From Desulfomicrobium sp. (GTDB lineage Bacteria > Desulfobacterota > Desulfovibrionia > Desulfovibrionales > Desulfomicrobiaceae): a stretch of 64,000 bases of DNA. A program made the position numbers and the translations under genes. The notes under the pieces were generated by a model. It was not told the origin of the DNA, made no database searches, and worked only from the letters and a program-made list of their open reading frames with translations. Shown here in pieces: positions 59,860 through 64,000 of the stretch. The first letter of the stretch is position 1. Each line of letters starts with the position of its first letter. The DNA is taken from contig JAXGMI010000003.1 of the NCBI GenBank assembly GCA_040768745.1, forward strand, positions 96,001-160,000. Direction: 5' to 3'.

Positions 59860-60958
59860 GAGATGCATCCAGGTCGTCAATGTGCGGTGGTTCAACGCCA
59901 CCGCGTGGTACGCCATGTTCCTGAGCCGCCTGTTAATCGGAGCAGGCCACCACGTGCTCGTCCTCGGCCTGCCGGGCACCCTCTCGGCCAAAAAGGGCGG
60001 AGAGTGGGGACTGCCCATGCGGCTCATGGGCCTGAACACGTCCACGCCCTGGGGCATAGCCGCGCTCTACGCCGAACTCAAGAAGCTGGTACGGGAGTTC
60101 AGGCCCGACGTGGTCAACTGCCACCGGGGTGAGGCGTTTCTGCTGTGGGGACTGCTGCGCAAGGAACTGGGTACCTTCGGGCTGGTCCGCACCCGCGGGG
60201 ATCAGCGCCTGCCCAAGGCCAACCCCGTCAACCGCTGGCTGCACAACCAGGCCAGCGACGCGATCATCACCACCAACTCGCCCATGACCCGGCATTTCCG
60301 CAACGTCTTCGGCGTGCCCGAACACAGGCTGCACGAGATCCTGGGCGGTGTGGACACGTCCGTGTTCCACCCGGACGCAGCGGCCCGCGCGCGCGTCAGG
60401 GCCGAACTGGGCTATGCGGACACGGATTTCGTGGTCGGGCTGCTGGGCCGCTTCGATCGGGTCAAGGGTCAGCGTGAGCTGATTGAGGCCGTCAGCCGCC
60501 TGCGTCTCGCCGGGGCGGCCAGGCTGCGTCTCCTGCTGCTGGGCTTCGATTCGGCCACGCCCGAAGCCACGGTGCGCGGCTGGATCGCCGAGCACGGCAT
60601 CGAGGACATCTCCGGCATCACCGGCAAGCGGCCGGATATCGCCGCCTGCCTGAACGCCCTGGATCTGGGCGTGGTGGCGTCGCTGTGGTCCGAGACCATC
60701 GCCCGGGCGGCCCTGGAGATCATGGCCACGGGCGTGCCCCTGATCGGCACGGACGTGGGTGTCATGCCCGACCTGCTCGAACCCGCGGCTCTCTTCCCGG
60801 CCGGGGACGTGCAGGCCATGGCCCTGCGCATCCGCGAGGCCATGACGGATCCCGGTCTCGTGCGGACCCTGCGCGAGGGCCAGCACCGCCGCATGGCCGA
60901 CCTCTCGGAGCGGGACTTCCTGGCCCGCACCCTGGCCGTGTACGAGGATCTGCGATGA
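59858..60958 (+). CDS. Glycosyltransferase family 4
   Basis: NVRWFNATAWY, GGVDT, GRFDRVKG, SETIARAALE.MATGVPLIGTDVG. Confidence 0.9.
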   Translation: MRCIQVVNVRWFNATAWYAMFLSRLLIGAGHHVLVLGLPGTLSAKKGGEWGLPMRLMGLNTSTPWGIAALYAELKKLVREFRPDVVNCHRGEAFLLWGLLRKELGTFGLVRTRGDQRLPKANPVNRWLHNQASDAIITTNSPMTRHFRNVFGVPEHRLHEILGGVDTSVFHPDAAARARVRAELGYADTDFVVGLLGRFDRVKGQRELIEAVSRLRLAGAARLRLLLLGFDSATPEATVRGWIAEHGIEDISGITGKRPDIAACLNALDLGVVASLWSETIARAALEIMATGVPLIGTDVGVMPDLLEPAALFPAGDVQAMALRIREAMTDPGLVRTLREGQHRRMADLSERDFLARTLAVYEDLR

Positions 60959-62058
60959 AGCGCGTCGCCCTGATGCTCCCGAATCTGAGCCGTTACGGTG
61001 GAGCCGAGCAGTTTGGCCATCGCCTGGCCGGATACCTGGCCGCGTGCGGCGATTTCGAGGTGAGCTTCGTCTGCGCGAGGCAGGACGGAGAGGCCCCCGA
61101 GGGCGTACGCGTCATCCGTGTAGGCCGGCCCGTACCGGGCAAGCTCGGCAAGACCCTGTGGTTCGCCCTGGCCGCCGAGTCCGTGCGCCGCAGGGAGAAG
61201 TTCGACGTGACCGTCGGGCTGGGAAACACCGTATCCCAGGATATCGCTCGCCTTTCGGGCGGTCCCACGAAACTCTTCTGGGACCACTCCATCCGGGCCT
61301 ACGATGCGGGCCTGCCGCGAACCCTCAAGTCCATCTCCCGCCGCCTCTCTCCGGGCAAGCAGCTGGCGCGGCTCATCGAGGGAATGCAGGCTCGCCGCAC
61401 GCCGCTGCTGGTGGCCAACTCCCACTTCGTGCGCGACCTGACCGTCAAGGCCTTCCCCTTCCTGAAGGCCGGTGACATCCCCGTCATCTACAACCAGCCC
61501 GATCTCGGCCGCTTCCGTCCCGGACAGAGCGCGGACAAATCCGCCCTCCGCGAGCGCTTCGGCCTCCCGGTCCACTGCGACCTCATCCTTACTGCGGGCA
61601 CCAATTTCCGTCTCAAGGGCGTGCACATCCTCATCCGCGCCCTGGCCCAGCTGCCCGCTTCCGTCCACCTGGCCGTGGCCGGCGGGCGGGGGAGTTCCGA
61701 AATGCTCGCCCTGGCGGATGGCCTGGGGGTGCGGGACAGGGTCCGCTTCCTGGGGCGGGTGGACGACATGCCCTCCCTGTACCGGGCCGGAGACATCTTC
61801 GTGCTGAACACCTTCTACGACGCCTGCGCCAACGCCGTGCTCGAAGCCCTGGCCTGCGGCCTGCCCGTCGTCTCCACGGCCTGCAACGGCAGTTCGGCCT
61901 TCCTGCGACCGGAGGCGGTGTTGCCCGATCCGGCCGACCACGCCCGGCTCGCCCAGGGCATCGCGGCCCTCGTCCACAGTGGCCCCACGGCCAGAACCGA
62001 TTTCAACCCGCCCTGCGGCCTCGGGCCCTATGCGGATCTCATCCGGAACCTTGCATGA
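60955..62058 (+). CDS. Glycosyltransferase family 4 (WaaG/RfaG-like)
   Basis: ATGA overlap; YGGAE, NFRLKG, YDACANAVLEALACGLPVV. Confidence 0.9.
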   Translation: MKRVALMLPNLSRYGGAEQFGHRLAGYLAACGDFEVSFVCARQDGEAPEGVRVIRVGRPVPGKLGKTLWFALAAESVRRREKFDVTVGLGNTVSQDIARLSGGPTKLFWDHSIRAYDAGLPRTLKSISRRLSPGKQLARLIEGMQARRTPLLVANSHFVRDLTVKAFPFLKAGDIPVIYNQPDLGRFRPGQSADKSALRERFGLPVHCDLILTAGTNFRLKGVHILIRALAQLPASVHLAVAGGRGSSEMLALADGLGVRDRVRFLGRVDDMPSLYRAGDIFVLNTFYDACANAVLEALACGLPVVSTACNGSSAFLRPEAVLPDPADHARLAQGIAALVHSGPTARTDFNPPCGLGPYADLIRNLA

Positions 62059-63089
62059 CAGGCCTTTCGTCCTTCAGCCCCGAACGCATCCTCGTCTGCC
62101 AGTTGCGCCAGATCGGCGACGTGCTGCTGACCACGCCGTCCATCCGTCTCCTGCACGAACGCTACCCGGCCGCGGCCATCGACGTCTTCACCGAAAAGAA
62201 ATGCGTCCCGGTCCTCGAAAACAACCCCCATGTGCGCCGGGTCTGGGCCCTGGACAAGAAAGCCCTGCCGAACTTCCTGGCGGAGCTGCGCTATTATGCC
62301 CGTATCGCCGCCGAAAACTATGACCTCGTCGTGGACTTCCAGCAGTTGCCCCGCTGCCGCTTCGTGACCCTGATGAGCCGCGCCCGGGTTCGCCTGTCCT
62401 ATCCCCCGCCGTGGTACAACCGCCTCCTCTACACCCATTGGGCCACGCCTGTGCATGGATATTCAGGCAGCTACCGGGCCAGCATCCTCGCTCCCCTGGG
62501 CATCGTCTGGAACGGTCAGGGACCTGAAATGTTCCTGACGGAAAAGGAAAAGGGTTGGGCCAGGGACTATCTTGCCGCTTGCGGCCTTGTTCCGGGCACG
62601 TATGTCACTCTGGACCCCACCCACCGCCGCTCCACCCGCCTGTGGCCGGCCCGGCACTACGGGGCCATGATCGACCAGGTCCATGCCGCGAGGCCAGCGC
62701 TCCGATTTTTCATCCTGTACGGTCCGGGCGAGGAGGCCATGGTCCGGGAGGTGCTGAACAGCTGCACCGCAACCCAAGCCTGCATCCTGCCGGACACGGT
62801 CATCGGCCTGCGGCAGATGGCGGCCGTGCAGTCCATGGCCCGTCTGCACGTGGGCAACTGTTCCGGACCGCGCCATTTTGCCGTGGCCGTGGGCTGTCCG
62901 ACCCTGACGGTCCTGGGCGCCACCAGCGGCGGCTGGAGGTTTCCTTCGGAAATCCACCAGGACATCTTTCTGGATCTCCCCTGCCGCCCGTGCAACCAGA
63001 ACAGGTGCGCCAGCAATGACCACGCCTGCCTTGAAAATCTCCCTCCGGAACGGGTCAGCCAACGTCTTTTGGCCATGCTGGGGCCATAA
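62055..63089 (+). CDS. Glycosyltransferase family 9 (LPS heptosyltransferase-like)
   Basis: ATGA overlap; RQIGDVLLTTP, GNCSGPRHFAVA, CRPC. Confidence 0.9.
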   Translation: MTGLSSFSPERILVCQLRQIGDVLLTTPSIRLLHERYPAAAIDVFTEKKCVPVLENNPHVRRVWALDKKALPNFLAELRYYARIAAENYDLVVDFQQLPRCRFVTLMSRARVRLSYPPPWYNRLLYTHWATPVHGYSGSYRASILAPLGIVWNGQGPEMFLTEKEKGWARDYLAACGLVPGTYVTLDPTHRRSTRLWPARHYGAMIDQVHAARPALRFFILYGPGEEAMVREVLNSCTATQACILPDTVIGLRQMAAVQSMARLHVGNCSGPRHFAVAVGCPTLTVLGATSGGWRFPSEIHQDIFLDLPCRPCNQNRCASNDHACLENLPPERVSQRLLAMLGP

Positions 63090-63205
63090 CGCATGGAATC
63101 CTCGGCCATGGTGGGCGTTGCCTTGGCCCCTTATCTGCGGCTACGATCAAAACGCATGACTTTTTCTCGTCCCCCATGCGGGGCAAACCGACCAAGGAGC
63201 GCCAC

Positions 63206-63739
63206 ATGAAAAAAATGATTCTCAGTTTTTGCCTTTGCCTGCTCTGCACGATCCCGGCCCTGGCAGGGGGCCTGGACACGTTCCTGGACAACCTGAACGT
63301 GCAGGCCGCCGCGGATCGCAACGGATTCTTGTCCAGCGTCAGTTCCCACTTCGGCGTGCCATTCAGCGACGTGGAAATGATCATAGGCTCCACCGGAAGC
63401 CTGGCCGACGCCTTCATGGTCTTTCAGTTGGGACGCATGACAGGTTTCCCGACCGATCGGATCATGCGCACCTACCACACCAAGAAAGCCCATGGCTGGG
63501 GGGTCATGGCCCAGGACTTGGGTATCAAACCGGGTTCCGAACAATTCCACGCTCTCAAACGCGGGGACTTTGGGTTCACCATGCGCGGGGTCAACGGCAA
63601 AAAATCCGGGGGCCCTGACGGAAAGGGGCACAAAGGCGGCGGAAAGGACGATCGCAACGGAAGGGGCAAGGCTGGAAAAACGGACAAGCCCGGGGATATC
63701 TCTGAACACGACGGAGGGGGCAAAGGAAAAAAGAAGTAA
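63206..63739 (+). CDS. Hypothetical secreted protein with Lys/Gly-rich tail
   Basis: AAGGAG RBS, signal peptide ending [25 protein letters not shown], low-complexity C-terminus. Confidence 0.75.
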   Translation: MKKMILSFCLCLLCTIPALAGGLDTFLDNLNVQAAADRNGFLSSVSSHFGVPFSDVEMIIGSTGSLADAFMVFQLGRMTGFPTDRIMRTYHTKKAHGWGVMAQDLGIKPGSEQFHALKRGDFGFTMRGVNGKKSGGPDGKGHKGGGKDDRNGRGKAGKTDKPGDISEHDGGGKGKKK

Positions 63740-63864
63740 GGGCCCTCGCCCCGCTTCAGCTGCCGGAAGGTCGATATTCCTGCCCCTGGCGGCGAGGACG
63801 GCGAGCTGCTTTCAACCCGGCGCATGGGTTGTCCCCATGCGCCATAACGCAGACAAGGAGTTTC

Positions 63865-64000
63865 ATGATGTCCAGAAAAATACTCATGCTGGTTGGGGAT
63901 TATGTTGAGGACTACGAGGTCATGGTCCCCTTTCAGACCCTCGCAACGCTCGGCTACACCGTGGAAGCGGTCTGCCCGGACAAGAAGGCCGGGCAGTTCG
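63865..64000 (+). CDS. DJ-1/PfpI family protein, N-terminal part (cut by window edge)
   Basis: [35 protein letters not shown]...[11 protein letters not shown]. Confidence 0.88.
   Translation, partial: MMSRKILMLVGDYVEDYEVMVPFQTLATLGYTVEAVCPDKKAGQF

Overview
Chromosomal window from a sulfate-reducing deltaproteobacterium. The 16S and gene content point to Desulfovibrionales, most likely Desulfomicrobium; this is judged by eye, not searched. From left to right: (1) the 3' end of purE. (2) A type I restriction-modification locus (hsdR, YhcG/DUF1016 nuclease, hsdS, DUF559 nuclease with REP-like repeats, hsdM), with hsdR frameshifted and hsdM cut by an IS66 element. (3) hflKC, rnhA, and a DUF456 membrane gene cut by a second copy of the same IS66. 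(4) Two tandem minus-strand rRNA operons, only one of which carries tRNA-Ile/tRNA-Ala. (5) A housekeeping block: asnS, priA, galU, glmM, cdaR, cdaA, folP, ftsH and tRNA-Sec. (6) A tetraheme cytochrome c, a CXXCH-bearing chemoreceptor, an ABC substrate-binding protein and an amidohydrolase. (7) argFGH. (8) Two different YcaO-family genes on either side of ybeY, phoH, moaA, NFACT, dksA, tRNA Gly-Cys-Gly and a HerA-like ATPase; the second YcaO (with TPRs) is followed by moaE-like and opgG-like genes. (9) LPS glycosyltransferases and the start of a PfpI gene. The most interesting observations are a REP-flanked DUF559 cassette that appears to have captured the hsdS C-terminus, coding palindromes inside yhcG, the precursor-less YcaO pair linked to MoaE, the cytochrome-heme chemoreceptor pair, and two divergent genes sharing one CATG. 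Many single-base homopolymer indels suggest long-read consensus errors, so frameshift calls are provisional.
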